Notes under the pieces: model-generated
The model's database searches: none
What the model was told of the DNA's origin: nothing
What the model saw: only the letters and a program-made list of their open reading frames with translations
Origin: Spizellomyces punctatus DAOM BR117
Lineage: Eukaryota
Assembly (NCBI GenBank): GCA_000182565.2
Contig: KQ257451.1
Length of the DNA stretch: 64,000 nucleotides
Strand: one strand, 5' to 3'
Shown: piece by piece, positions 1-14,789 of the stretch
Numbering within the stretch: the first letter of the stretch is position 1
Layout of the letters: every line of letters begins with the position of its first letter
Translations under genes and position numbers: made by a program

Positions 1-1822
1 AGAAATTCCTCAGAAGGTAAATACTTGTTGGCATATATGTTTGATGAAAGAACGTCCCGCTCACTCCCTCATAGATTTGCAATTCTGACGAAGGAAACCT
101 TTCCGGTCTGGCACGGTCGCACGGAGGATGGTATTAAGGTGATAATGCAATCGGTCCATATGGAGCCTTCAGAGTGGCAATTGGGTGTTTCGAAAATCTT
201 CATCAAGTCGCCCGAATCTCTATTTCTGTTGGAGGAGCAACGCGACCGGAAGTATCACGGATATGCTAAAGTAATTCAAAGAGCATACCGGCGCTGGAAG
301 AGCCGAAAGTATTTCTTGGAGCTGCGGAAGAAGGCCGCTGATGTGATGTACAACAACAAAGAGCGAAAGCGGTTCAGTGTAAACAGGGAGTTTTTGGGGG
401 ACTACGTTAACTACCTGGACAATCCGATCCTGAAGAATCTTGTTGGTGTGTTAGCGATCTCTCCCAAAATTCAACTGCCTTTATCCCTGCGACGTTAATG
501 TTGGAAACGATTTTACAGGAAAGCAAGAGAAGGTGTTCTTTGCGGACATTGTCACTAAATATGATCGGAAGTTCAAAGCCGCTCAACGGGAATTGCTCAT
601 AACGGAAACCAGCTTAATAATGATTGGAACTGAGAAAGAAAAGAGCGGGCCGAACAAGGGCAAGCTAGTGAAAGCCGTAAAGCGGAAGATTCCTCTAAAC
701 GATGTCCAGTCAGTATCCTTGTCAACCAAACCAGACGACATCTTTGTACTTCATGTGCCGTCTGAGTACGACAATGTGCTGGAGAACATCTTCAAGACAG
801 AACTGATAACTGTGCTTAGGTGAAGTCAAGTCGAGTTCGCATAAGTAATGGGAAGGGATTAACATCTATTTATCAAAGTGAGAAATACGAGTTAGCGGTT
901 GGTCGAAAGCTGCCCATAGTCTTCTCAGACAGGTAGGGTGAAGAGTCTTGGGACGCGATGCAAAATATCTGAACGACGTTTTACAGTATCAAATATTCCG
1001 TAAAGAAAACGACATGGCAGAGCGGCGGCCAGCATGAGATCCGTTTTGTGACAGACGCCTCTGTTAAGGCACCACTGATTAGAAATTCAGGAAAAGTCAC
1101 GGAAGTCCGAGTTGCCAACGGTCTTCCCAAGGATTCGCGACCAAATGCGGGTACAGTCGCACAAACGGGAAGAGTCGGCGGTGTCGGAGGTTACGGACGG
1201 GGAGGTGCCACACCAGCAAGTGGCTACGCAGCTGGTGGTGCGGGGCGAGCACAAAACAATTTCTTTGGGGCCTCATCAATAGGGGGTGGTGCTGGGTCAA
1301 GACCAACGGGAGGCGGATTGGGGGGCGTTCCTTTACCTCAAGGCATGGGATCGGCCACAAATCTGGCAGCCAAGAAGCGACCTCCTCCCCCGCCGCCTGC
1401 GAAAAAACTGCCGACCTGTCGGGCTTTATATGTGAGTAACAGAATTCGCACTGTTTATCAGCATCTGCTTATTTTGTGTCTCGGAACTCTTAGGACTACG
1501 AAGCTCAGGAAGCTGGTAAGCATGTAGAGCCACCGGGTGCCGTAAGTTTTAGCTTACACTATATCTGTGTCTAGATGAGTTGACGTTCAGAGCCGGAGAT
1601 GTTATAACTATTGTGTCAAAAGGTAAGCGGTTGGATTCTTGGTGCAACACGTCCACATAGCTGAGTAGTCACATCCTTTAACAGATGACGAAGGATGGTG
1701 GCAAGGGAGCGTTAGTGGAAGGAAAGGGTTGTTTCCCGCAAACGTGAGTCTGCAATTCGTTCACTTGATCCAGCGTCTCCATGTAACACTAGACTCCTCT
1801 GCAGTATACTGAGCCAATGTAG
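1..1822 (+). CDS. MYO1: Class I myosin, 3' part (end of motor, IQ, TH1, Gly/Pro-rich TH2, SH3); multi-exon, 5' truncated by the window
   Basis: QLGVSKIFIKSPESLFLLEE motor end; IQRAYRRW IQ motif; TH1 FADIVTKYDRKFK; SH3 split over short exons (CRALY/DYEAQEA/DELTFRAGDVITIVSK/DDEGWWQG...GLFPAN/YTEPM*), TAG at 1820-1822. Confidence 0.93.
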
Positions 1823-1930
1823 ATGACGATGACTGTATGTGGGCACATTTTGTTCCCTAGTATATAAGGACAAAATTAAAATAGAAATGGCATCGCTGTC
1901 GCCGTATTTTTGGTTTATTGAGTATGAAAG

Positions 1931-4920
1931 CTATCCTTTTGACTCTTGCTTTTTTGCGTCCTCATTTATATCAACGTCCTCCCAGTCATGTTCTTGAGAT
2001 TCACCTGTAGCAATGTCTGGGGTCGTTCGACCGGTTGATGGCGGGCTGACGCTCCAGTCCTTTCTTTTCTGGTTCAGGAAACTACTGACGTTGGCGAATA
2101 TTTGGGATGTTGTAGCTAATTGACAAAGTTAAACGAACTCAGGATGACTGTTTAATGGCCCTCCACCGTTACCTTGCAGTCGTTGCTGCTGAGCGGGATC
2201 TGTGACAGTGTCCATTGCTTTCGTGAGAGATGTTTCGACTGCCTTATTTATATTCTGCTGTATAGGCGATAGGTTTCTTCCAAGTTCAGAAAGTCGGGCA
2301 GCAAAAGACGTTTGAAGTATACCAAACGTTGATGCGCCTTGACAGGGATGAGCTGGGCTAATACTGGGAGAGGAGTTGGTACTTCTTAGGAGGCCATATA
2401 CAAAGGAAAATGAACGCAACGCACTTTGGATTGTCTGGCAGTTCTCCTCCTATTATTGCCAACCATTTCGTGTAATGAATCGTGGATTGCCATGCCTTCA
2501 CCCAGGCGGGATTGAAGTCTGCTAGGAAATCTTTTCCTAAAATGATGGACAATAAGCTCCCATTGCATTGTGGAAGGTCGATGAAGCACACCTCGTATCG
2601 CTGGGTCCACAGAGATTGCCGCAGTCTGAGCTGTCTTCACAGAAGCCAGCAAAGTAAGAAGGTACAGCTCAAACCTTGCTCGGATATCGTCGTCACTGCC
2701 CTCGAAGGACAATTGTTGATTCATGGACATGTCGTCTGAGAAAGACCATGGCATGAGCTACTCGCATGAAGGAATGGAGTGAATGAATCAAGTAAACCTT
2801 CTGGACTCCACGTTGCAACAACTGATTTCGTGATATCTGAAGATAGGTGTTTAGACATTGTTTGCATGTATGAAACAAGGTCAGGCATCAGCGCACCATC
2901 AATAAATTTCTTGTCTGGAGTAGTCAAGCTTATGAGGGGATTGAGAGCTGGATTCATGAGTTCTAAAGTACCGGTATCGACCTAAATCCCGCAGGATGTT
3001 AGCTAACGGCATGAAAGATCTCATGTACGAAACAGTGCAGGAACGTAGCCTACATTGGCAATGGCGTCGACTGCGCATCCTTTGTGGTGGAGGAAAATGG
3101 CATTACTGGTGCCCACCAAGTACGACTTTGTGTCGGAGGACATCAACACGTCCATTTGTTGCAAGGGGATATATGGTTGAAAGAAGGCCGACTGCATCAA
3201 GCATTGTTAGTAACCGGTTTCCCATGTATGACGGTCAACTGCTGCATACTTCTCCAAATATCGGTAATGGCATCCACTGCCGCAGTAGCCCTCCTTGCTG
3301 ATCTGAGGAGACCCCATACATCTTTTTCGTCGGGTCATCCTTCCCCTCCGGCCCTCGACCCAGTGACGGAGCTCCAGCATCCCGAAGCCCTCGCAGCAGT
3401 TCTACAGATTGATCAAAATTTGTATTCCAGGTGGCGACAGATATCGCATTCGGTCTTCACTGACCTGGTATCAAAGAAACCAAGCTGTATTGGTAAGCGG
3501 ACAGCCTCTCAACCTTGGAGCCAAAAAATAAAATCTGTGTCGAAGGCTCTGCGTCAGCACGATACGCCACGCTAGAACATCTATGTGCGTACCCTTTTTT
3601 CCAGAAATAATAATTTGAAGAGTTGAAGGGTTTTTTGCTTGAATTTATTCACTAACTCTCGCAAAGAGATGCCTAGAAAGTAAAACGCTTAAAACACGGC
3701 CGAACACGAAGGGAAGCATCCCCTTTATACCCATGTAAAGTGTGCTGTCGGGAATGTATCCTGAAACGGACACTGCCAAGCTGTTGTAGAGTGTCTATTT
3801 TTGAAAACGAAAAGGATGAGACAGCGCACCAGCTCGTGGTCGTTTCGCGGAAGCGGTTCAGACCTCTAATATTTCAAGCTTCGAAAAGTCCTTCTGCTCA
3901 AAGAATGCACGAGTCACTAAACCGAGCTTACTTCGGACCGATCCTAAGGTTTACATCAGCGAAAGCCAGGTGGGAGTGTTTAAAACGTGTACGGACCCAA
4001 AACGGGTTGGGTAGCGAGCACTACCACGGCTTTTTGCACTGTACTGCGAGTGACATCGACGGTTTTGTTGATGAGCTCCTGAAATGCCGGAACACAATGA
4101 GGTTCATGATGCAATTTCAACAGGAACGAATAGTACCCGCTTACACTTGCTGGCATCTGTCGGTAGCACGCCAGTCCAAACAATGTTGATTGCGGATAAC
4201 TTTTCCACTCTGGGACTGGAGGAAGATGAAAATCTAAAGGAATGGAGCGCAGTTGCGGTGGAATGAACATTGTATGTTTCATATGAAGAAAAGGGGCAAT
4301 ACTTACAAATGAACTCTTCGTCCGTTGCTGTAATAAGCCATAATCTGTAAGTAATACTGTCTGACAGATTGATCCTGAAATCCACTCGGACTCACCGTGG
4401 GCTCCATCAGGCAAGCAAAGAAAGGGCTTAGGATCAAAAACATTCTATCAATGGTCATGGAACATATGACCAAAACCCAACTCCAACATACGAGAAAGGA
4501 CCATTCCTCGGGCAAAGCTACAGAGGTATCCTCACGTAGCAGTTTATTATCCTCAGACGGGTTTGACCCTGGCAATGGTGGAAAGGGTGGAAAGGCAAAC
4601 TCCACTTGCGGACCATTTCTATCTCCGTCCTTAGGTCGGTAAGAGCTCTCGACCGACGATAAAGGCTTATCATGCCAATTTGAAACTTATACCTGTGATG
4701 AAAAGCAACGCAGAGTACTGCATTTGACAAGTAGCCTGGTTAAGGGAAGCTTCGAAGACTTCTGAACAACTACTCGGGGCACACTACCATGCAAGATTAT
4801 ACGCGACTTTTGAGGTTGGGGTTCAGTAGATGATGCGGATTCTTGGCTCAAACTTGCATCGCCGTCCTTTGGTGCTTCCTCGTCTATGGTTGCATTTTCA
4901 GATTTGGTTTCAGGCTCCAT
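1931..4920 (-). CDS. AVL9: AVL9 (DENN-like) late secretory pathway protein, multi-exon
   Basis: AFHH...GPQVEFAFPP, LPEEWSFL, LPDGAH, TLFGLACYRQ, VTRSTVQKAVVVLA, FEGSDDDIRARFELYLL, DFNPAWVKAWQST, HPCQG motifs. Confidence 0.9.
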
Positions 4921-5128
4921 AATGGGCCGTAAAATGTAAAGGATCGTCGAGCGCAAACGTTGGAGCAAACGCTGCTTCAGTCAGCGCTGCCCTCAGTTGA
5001 TCACGTGACAAGCCATTCGGTTACCGATCAACTCGAGCGTTCCAAGCGTACCAAAGGTACCAGACGTTACGCGCTTGATTTGTTGGGCAACCGCCAACGG
5101 CTGAAGGCTTTACTAGCGATCAACTCCG

Positions 5129-6392
5129 ATGGCAGACTTTATAGGTGCGTTCGTTAGACTTTGTGATATGGTGTTCAAGGTGGTAGATTACTGTATAGAT
5201 GCACGGCTGATCTTTCTGCTTTTTTTGTAGACGAACTACTTGTGTTGCGAAACAGTTTTTACCTGGGCTCGTGGCAGCAGGTCATTGACGAGGCCTCGGA
5301 TCCTTCGAAAGCCCCACGGACAGATGAAGCAAAGCTTCAACAGCGCGTGCTATTATATCGTGCATGCGTAGCTCAAGGCAAGCCGGAACGTGCCATTGCC
5401 GAGATTCGCGATAACGATGCACCCGAACTTCGAGGGGTCAAATGTCTTGCACGCTATGTTAAAGCCGCATCTTCCCAAAACACGTCCGAAAAAAGCAAGG
5501 CTGTGCAGGATATTACCACACTGGCTGCAGAGGGCACAAATGGGCTCAGCAGTACTGTACAAGTTCTGGTTGGGTCTGTCCTGTACGCTGAAGAGCGTTA
5601 TCCTGAGGCATTAAAAGCCGCGGTACAAAGTCCCCGAAACTTGGAATGGTAAGAAGCCTGTGGCTGGCGCGAATATGGCAAGATCCTCTTTCTCATCCAA
5701 TGTCCCCCAGTGTCGCACTCGCTATTCAAACATATCTTAAAATGGACCGCCCCGAACTTGCCCGCAAAGAAGTCGAGAAATTGAAGACCTGGGCCGATGA
5801 TGCCACATTGGCGCAACTAGCTGAAGCCTGGGTTAACTGTTACATCGTAAGCCGGCATCCACGTTCAAATCTTGATATGCCTTTACCTGAGATTGCCAAA
5901 CAAAACAGGGAGGAGACGAAAAGATACAAGAATCTCAATACATCTTTGAGGAACTGGCTTCATCGAAGCTTAGCACCGGTCGACTGGTTGCTGGACATGC
6001 TATCTGCAAGATGCAGGCTGGAAATTTTGCAGAAGCAGAACGACTACTACTAGAAGCTCTCAGCAGAGTAAGGCATGGTTTTCGGTCGCTGCGAACGGGG
6101 CAGCCCTGTCCGTAAACTGGTAACTGAAAACAAACTACGTTGCAGTACGCAAGCGACCCCGATGTTATAGCTAATCTGATTGTATGCGCAACTGCCACTG
6201 GGAAATCTGCGGAAATTCTCTCCCGATACACAAGGTACAAGCAGTATTGTACTGTTGTGTTTCATCGCGTCCATCTAATCGTGAACTACACTCTGCAGTC
6301 AACTTAGACAAGTCGCTCCGCAGCATCCCTTGCTGCAAGATCTCGTCCTCAAAGAATCGCTTTTTGATCGGGCTGTCCAACGATATGTATGA
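5129..6392 (+). CDS. COPE: Coatomer subunit epsilon, multi-exon
   Basis: DELLVLRNSFYLGSWQQVI, LKMDRPELARKE, DDATLAQLAEAWV, HPLLQDLVLKESLFDRAVQRYV*. Confidence 0.92.
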
Positions 6393-6671
6393 GCAAGGTG
6401 CCCGATATGATAGGGAGTACTGAACACAAGGACCGTTTATCGTCGTGCCTCTGTAATATAAATTTATCGAAATGAAGTCGAGCTATCTACGCGCGATATA
6501 TATACACACTTTATATGAGAAATTCTGATGTGCTTCACTGCCAGCTCCCCTTGGATGTCCTCTGCTATTCAATTATCTCCCTGATCTAACCGTCCCAGCT
6601 TGCGAGAGCTCCTCTCCTGTACCCACGAGAATCCATGGCAGTACTGGTGACTACGAACACTGCTCCGCCCA

Positions 6672-8514
6672 TTAAAATGCACTACCCTCATTGAACCATC
6701 TTTCGCACACCGTCCTCACGAACTGATTGTACCAAGCCAATTCTGCGCCAGAACGAGCAAACATAGCAAACGGATCGTTCCTGAGAGCGACATCCTCCTC
6801 CTCTTCGTCGCTATCCCTGGTAACTAGCCCATTTTCTCCGTATCGGTTCAACGCCTCGCGCGATTCCCGGCGTTTCATTCGGGAATCCCGCCATCTCAAG
6901 AAATTGTTCTCCACCAACTGCTCAACCAGTGCTAGTTGATGTCGTTCTAAATGATGCACTGCAAGGCACCCGTTTCGCAGTATCATTGACAAAATTATGT
7001 CCTTTAGATTTGTCTCGTCACCACTGGGTAGATTGGAGCGCAAGTACGCAAGATGCTCACTTTCGCGCTCGAGGATATATTCTGTGAAAGCAGAAAGATG
7101 AGCCATCTGTTTTGCCAGGAGAAGGCGGCTATCCCTTATCACCTTGTAACGGCTTGTCCTGGTTCGCAAATCGTCTCAGTTCTAGCATGTTTCCATTGAA
7201 ATTATAGACAAAATGGTAGGCAGTCTCGTTGTCAAACTTCTGCTCATTCTTCAAACTTGGATTCAAAGTGTTCATTAAGTAGTCCGCGACCTTCTCATCT
7301 TCCACCGATTCAAGACAACGATAATCGAGTCGCCAATCAAAGCCTCTCACTGAATGGAAAGAACATTAACACAACAGATATACACCGAAGCCTGCGGGAT
7401 CGCCACCTACATCGTCTGATGCCAGCAAGAACGGACTTTTCCGAGCTGCAAAAGACAACATCGAGAATCCCCTCTGATTCGCACTGAAGAAGCCACTGAA
7501 ATGCATCTTCTATGCCGTTGTAGCGATCATCCAGGGGAAGATAATTGTGAAAAAGAAGCTGGATGTCATCAATCACCAAAAGCGGTGGTCCCGCGGCGGA
7601 TGCCGGACGAAAAAGACGCAGCGCTTGGCTGATATCGCTAAAAAGGTGCCCTATTTCTAATCCATCGTCCGGAGATATCACATCTGAAGCGATATTCCAA
7701 CAAGTCTCAGCAAGCGAAACGAATCAAAATGTGCGAGAACTTGGAAAATTACCTCCTTTCAATCCGAAAGCACGTGCCAGAGCGAGCTGCCAAGCATCCT
7801 CCAAAGCTTCTGACGATGTTGTGACATTGTCGTTCAACTCCTCTTGTTCAGCGTCATCAAGCTCTGTTGCACTTCCACCATGTCTCTTGTTGAGGACTTC
7901 GGCAAGCTTCATGTAGATGGCGGGCCTTGATGCGCACTCGGAAGTAGTCCAAGTTGCTAAGGCAGTGCCTTTCCCAAGACCTGGTGCCCCTTCAACTAGA
8001 AAACATTAAGCCATATAGCACAGTCAGTAGGGTCCGTCGGTGATCGTCCATGCGCCAGCGGCCCGGTGGGGTATGCGACATGCACGCCGAGAATAACAAA
8101 AGCAGTATTACCAAGCAAAGGAGTTCCTGCCTTTTTCGCCTCTTTGACCTCAGAGACAAGGTGCTCGGTTTGTGCGGGAAAGGGTGGAAGGGAATATTCT
8201 GACGTCTCCGCCGATGCCTCATTTTCGGCAGCTGATTCCAAGATCTTCACCAAGTGGTCAATAACGTCCTTCACACTTGGCTTATCTAGTCCTTGCAGAT
8301 CCACTTTGACAGATGGCTTTCGGCGGCCTCCCTTTCCTCTCCCTTTGCCGCTGAACAGTGACGAATTCTTACGATTTTCGTCCCCGACGGCAACCTCATC
8401 ACCTTCCCCAAGTGACCACAGTGCCCAGACAAGAATGACGGCAGCAGCACCTCCTATGAGGTAAGGTACAAGCTCGGAATCTAATCGAGGTCTTGGTGCT
8501 TTGAAGCGGGCCAT
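6672..8514 (-). CDS. Putative membrane-anchored P-loop NTPase (AAA/STAND-like), multi-exon
   Basis: N-terminal hydrophobic segment YLIGGAAAVILVWALWSL; Walker A-like EGAPGLGKG (~7968-7994); Walker B PPLLVIDDIQ; FNGNMLEL motif. Confidence 0.6.
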
Positions 8515-8747
8515 GGGGATAGAAATTCCGTCGAGGTCCTGCAAGAAATCGCTCAAAGCAATGCTCATCGAAAGTGCAATTTACCGCATTTGGACAAATG
8601 ATATGCACTGGCAGTGCGAAACTTGACCTTCCAGTACGAAACTCCCCAACCATCATGGCGTTCGCATTTTTTAACAGCGGTGGTGAAGATTTCATGGGAA
8701 CTACCCCCAGTTGTCTCTCCTATTCAGAGGTTGGTTGATTTACCTCG

Positions 8748-11120
8748 ATGTTAACAGTAAAGGATATCTTCGACGCATTGCCTTCTAGCCTCCTGAGCGA
8801 GGAAACCGAAGGTTACATCCGAGCGGTTCTTGGGGAGTCTGACGATACCCCTTTGGAGCTGGATGAGGTGAAGGAGGTTTTGGCGGACTTCCTTCAAGAC
8901 GCTGGTTGGAGTCAAACGCAAGTGGATGGATTTATCGCTCAGTTTCGCCAAGCTACCCCCCAGGCTGAGCCCAACGCAGAGAGTGGGGAACACGAGCTTA
9001 AAAAGTTGGAAGAGTCAGTGAAACTCTCCGTGAACACCGAAGAATCTGCACCGAAATTAGTAGATTTGAGCCCCTCGAAAGCATCGTCACCGCCCCAATC
9101 GCCTCGACGGCCTCCTCCCAAAACTAAACGCGTAGCAAAAACTGTTGAAGTGGTGGCCACATCTCAGGTGTCGAGATTTCATGCGGAAACTTTGGACACA
9201 CTCTCAAACGATGTTGATTTAAAAGGCGTCAATATCACTGTGGGGGATCATGCACTTCTTGTGGATGCGAATCTACGGTTGTTTAGAGGTGTGCACTATG
9301 GGTTAATCGGTCGTAATGGAGTCGGCAAGTCCACTCTTCTCAAGTGTATTGGGCACAAGCAGCTTATAGGCTTTCCCACCAACATCAAAGTCTTATATGT
9401 TGAGCAGCTGGAAGGGGTGGAAATGTCAAGACCTGTAGTTCAGGTGGTTATGGACGCTGACAAAGAGGCATCACGTCTGCGAAGAGAGACACTCTTGATT
9501 CAGTCTGTACTGGAAGCTCCCAATCCATGTGAGATTGCAAAAGCAATGCGTACCATTCGGCTTGCTCGGCTCGTCGAAGAGAAAGATGCAGCGAGTGAAT
9601 TGGCCGTTAAACGGAGCGGAGCTCGAGGAGCTGAAGCCAGAAAGCAGCTGAAACAGTTGGAGAGCATGGTGGCAGAGATGGAAGAAGCGCATAAGGCTCC
9701 CATTTCGCAAGAGGAGATGGATAATGCCGCTTCAGAAGCGCAAGGAGTTCTAGCCGACCTGTACGCCATGATGGATCTACATGATAACGATGCAATGGAA
9801 GGCAAAGTGCGGAGCATATTGAAGGGTCTTGGCTTTCCGGTTGAATGGCATGATCGGCCGCTCGGAGAGTTGTCGGGTGGATGGAGGATCCGAGTCGCGT
9901 TGGCTGCGGCTTTGGCTCTGCGACCAGACGTACTGCTCCTTGATGAGCCCACAAATCATCTCGACCTTCCTGCCATTCTCTGGTTGCAATCTTATTTGGC
10001 GAGCTTAACAGATACCACCATTGTGACAGTCTCGCACGATCGAGCCTTTTTAAATGCGGTCGCACAGGAGATCATAGTTTTTAAAGATCAGTCACTAACG
10101 TACCACACCGGGAATTTCGACGAATACTTGCAGCATACTGAAGAGGATCGCAAGTACAAGGAGAAGATGGCAGATGCTATAGAAAAAAAGAGGACAACAG
10201 CAGCAAAGAGCGTGCAGACCGCAATGGTTCGTGCCCGTCAAAGCGGAGACGACAAAAAGATGGCGGCTATGGCATCAAAACAAAGGAAACTGGAACGATT
10301 GGGTATGGAAGTGAACGAAAAAGGCCATCGCTTCAAACTGAATCGCGATCGCGCTGGGTACCACAGCACTATGCGTGAAGAAGTAAAGGTGGAACGGGCT
10401 GAGCAAGCTTCAGCGTGGTCGATCGCGAATCCCACACCTTTGCGGCAAGGGCATGCCATTCTTGAGGTTGAAGGCGTATCCGTGGGATTCGATGCACGTC
10501 AACCAATTCTTTCGGACGTCACTATGAATGTGACCCAATCGTCTCGAATCGGGATCGTTGGAGCCAATGGAAGCGGGAAGACTACTCTTGTGAAAGTGCT
10601 TGTTGATGAGTTGTCCCCATTCAAAGGCCGTGTGAATCGACATCCTACAGCCAAAATAGGATATTTCACTCAGCATCATGTCGACGATCTTCATAAATAT
10701 CCAGCCGACACATCCGCGATCTCGCTGCTACTCCAAAATCAACCTGGGATGCGGGAACAGGACGCACGCGCACATCTTGGAAAGTATGGCATCAAAGACG
10801 CGGTCGCGCTCCACCCTCTAAGACATTTGAGTGGAGGGCAAATGGTCCGAGTTGCATTTGCCTTGAGCACTTTTGGCTCGTCGCCACACCTGTTTGTTCT
10901 AGACGAGCCGACCAACCATTTAGACTATTTAACTACACAAGCGATGATAGAAGCTTTGAAGAACTTTGAGGGAGCAGTTGTTATTGTATCGCACGATCAA
11001 TATTTCGTTTCTGAAGTTGCGAACGAGGTGTATTTGGTTATGGACGGACATGTAAACCGGTTGGAGGGTGGTATGCAGGAGTATGTAGCGCTATGTACCA
11101 GTCGAAAACGATTGAAATAA
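8748..11120 (+). CDS. ABC-F family ATPase (GCN20/ARB1-like), single exon, 790 aa
   Basis: Two NBDs (GRNGVGKS, LSGGW, LLLDEPTNHLD, VSHDR; GANGSGKT, LSGGQ, LDEPTNHLD, VSHDQ) and no transmembrane domain. Confidence 0.95.
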   Translation: MLTVKDIFDALPSSLLSEETEGYIRAVLGESDDTPLELDEVKEVLADFLQDAGWSQTQVDGFIAQFRQATPQAEPNAESGEHELKKLEESVKLSVNTEESAPKLVDLSPSKASSPPQSPRRPPPKTKRVAKTVEVVATSQVSRFHAETLDTLSNDVDLKGVNITVGDHALLVDANLRLFRGVHYGLIGRNGVGKSTLLKCIGHKQLIGFPTNIKVLYVEQLEGVEMSRPVVQVVMDADKEASRLRRETLLIQSVLEAPNPCEIAKAMRTIRLARLVEEKDAASELAVKRSGARGAEARKQLKQLESMVAEMEEAHKAPISQEEMDNAASEAQGVLADLYAMMDLHDNDAMEGKVRSILKGLGFPVEWHDRPLGELSGGWRIRVALAAALALRPDVLLLDEPTNHLDLPAILWLQSYLASLTDTTIVTVSHDRAFLNAVAQEIIVFKDQSLTYHTGNFDEYLQHTEEDRKYKEKMADAIEKKRTTAAKSVQTAMVRARQSGDDKKMAAMASKQRKLERLGMEVNEKGHRFKLNRDRAGYHSTMREEVKVERAEQASAWSIANPTPLRQGHAILEVEGVSVGFDARQPILSDVTMNVTQSSRIGIVGANGSGKTTLVKVLVDELSPFKGRVNRHPTAKIGYFTQHHVDDLHKYPADTSAISLLLQNQPGMREQDARAHLGKYGIKDAVALHPLRHLSGGQMVRVAFALSTFGSSPHLFVLDEPTNHLDYLTTQAMIEALKNFEGAVVIVSHDQYFVSEVANEVYLVMDGHVNRLEGGMQEYVALCTSRKRLK

Positions 11121-11337
11121 TCGTGATCCTTGGATAAGGCATAACCAAAAGCACGCCCCATCTTGCCGTCCAAATCCCAACTTGCGCGCAAGTTCAGAAG
11201 CAATATGTCCTAAATGGGATGAGAGATGATGAGTCATTCTGCATCTCACCGGTGGGCCGATGCAGTCCGTCCGTGTCTTCCTCCTGCCGTCAGTCTCTTC
11301 TGTCCTTTCGTCCCAATCCAAGAGGAGCTTACACAAC

Positions 11338-12738
<1,401 letters not shown>

Positions 12739-12959
12739 GCTACTAGAAAGAGAAGAATATATAAGCGTTATGTGTACGCAATGTTGTAGCGTAGATCGCG
12801 GGCTTAAACTTGTGCAGGGTTACAAGGGAATAGGGTATTTAGATATCTTTCGGACTACATAAGCGGAATAGATGCTTTTACATAAAAGATAGGCCGTCAA
12901 CTATCCACTGTGAACTGCAGGTACATCCAAAGCCCATGCTAGAGCGGTCCTTGGGCTGG

Positions 12960-14783
12960 TCATGGTGAGTCAAGCATGTATGCAATCGCCGCTTCGACGT
13001 TGCCACCCTATCCAAAGATAAAAGTCAGGCTCAACTGAACTTATAAAATGACCCACTCTTGAAGACTCACGGCGGCAAGCAGGGCTCGAATACATCTATC
13101 TTTTTCCTGAAGCGATAAGACCACTGGAGCGTGAGTAGTTTTGCAATGGTAAGCAGGTATCTAAGATCTCACCTCAAAGCCCATATCGCGTAATGTATTC
13201 TTCACAAAAATGGTACAATGAGATCGCAGAAGAGATGCTATATGATAAACACATGCTTCATACCAATTGCTCGGCAAACCGCTCTTCGTGTGATTCAGTC
13301 AAGGACTGTGGCTCGACTTGTGGTTGAGCTGGCGCTGCCGTTGACGCTGTCAGCGGTTCAAATGGCTGAAATGCGCCCTGAAGTTGTTGGATTTGTTGCA
13401 TCATGCTCCCAAAGTCGAAATGTGGTGCTGCAAGAGATGGGGCGGTAGTTGAGGACGGTGTATTCGGTGCGGCCGTCGACGGGGGCTATTGCAGCGAGGG
13501 TTAGTAATCAGACCGACCAAACTAAAGATGATTTAATAGATTAACCTGCAAGAAGTTAAGGGAGTTGAAAAGAGCAGGATTTCCAAATGGTGCCGTGAAT
13601 GGTGACGAGGGCAAGGATGCAGAGTTGGAAGTAGGGGATGTGGTTGGCGGTGGCGCCCAGGGATTTGGAAGAGCCTGGTTGTTGATTCCCTCGCTTGATG
13701 ATCGTTGTTGCGCACCCAGTAACTCTGCAAACCGACGATTTGCCTCGTCTATAGAATCCCTTCATTAGACGTTCAAACACGTCTATTTGACTGGTTGATT
13801 ATTGGACGCACCTGTGCTCGTGTCCTCTTCCCGCATTTGACTTAAAGGTGCTTGTATATCGTGATATATGGAACTTAGAGCATTGAATCCACCAGGGATG
13901 TTTTCGATGTTCAGCAGCTGCCTGTCTGTCCTCACGTCATGTCACTTTTGGTTCAAATCCAGATTCCAGAAGTAAGGCATCCGAGGTAACATACCAACAT
14001 TTCTCATCATTTCCTGGCTCTAAATTTTTCATACGATATTAGATGGTTAAAGCAATCACGACATGCAAAGCCCACAGGACGGCATACAAACCAATGCAGG
14101 GTTCCTCATAGTGTCGAGCATCTCTCTTAGGAACTACACCATCGATGACAAAAGTCAGCTACATTCGCCAGATCCAATTAATTTTCGCTTTGACGATTAC
14201 CCGAGGATCATTCAGCGTTTGGCGAAGAGAGGGATTCGACTCAGCTAAGCGTGCAATCCTTGGGTCGTTCTCCAACATGGTACGCATAAATTCTGGATTC
14301 TCCAACATACTTCGGACAAAAGGATTTTCTAACAAGGCGCTCATATCTATTTGCAGACGGTTAATAGATTTCGGTGTTAAGGGCCAGGTTACATCTATCG
14401 CTGCAGCCACCTGGAAGTCCAAAAGCATTACGAGCCGCGCCTCCTGCTCCTGGAACGTTATGACCGGCTGCCGCCGCAGTACTTGCTTCTTCCGCAGCAC
14501 GATTTCTGGCTAATTTTGTAGCATGAACTGTGATTCCATCTTTCAATCCGAGCGACGATACTGATTCTTCATCGTCCTTGAGCACGCGGCCAGCATAAAC
14601 TAGGCGGATCTCGTCCAATGGTACATTGACGCGGGATGCCAGTTGAGCTTTCAGTTCTGCAAGTGTCTCTTTCTCAGGATCTGTAACTCTAAGTGTGATG
14701 TCGGTTCCAACATCGCCTAGCCCGGGTGCTAGACGGAACCGGATGTTGATGGGCGATGAACTGGCATCAGTGGAGCTAGACAT
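12960..14783 (-). CDS. DSK2: Ubiquilin/Dsk2 (UBL-STI1-UBA), multi-exon
   Basis: UBL IRLVYAGRVLKDDE; STI1 repeats LLENPFVRSMLENPEFMR; NIENIPGGFNAL; UBA LRDMGF...ALLAA/GGNVEAAIAYML. Confidence 0.9.
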
Positions 14784-14789
14784 AATCTC

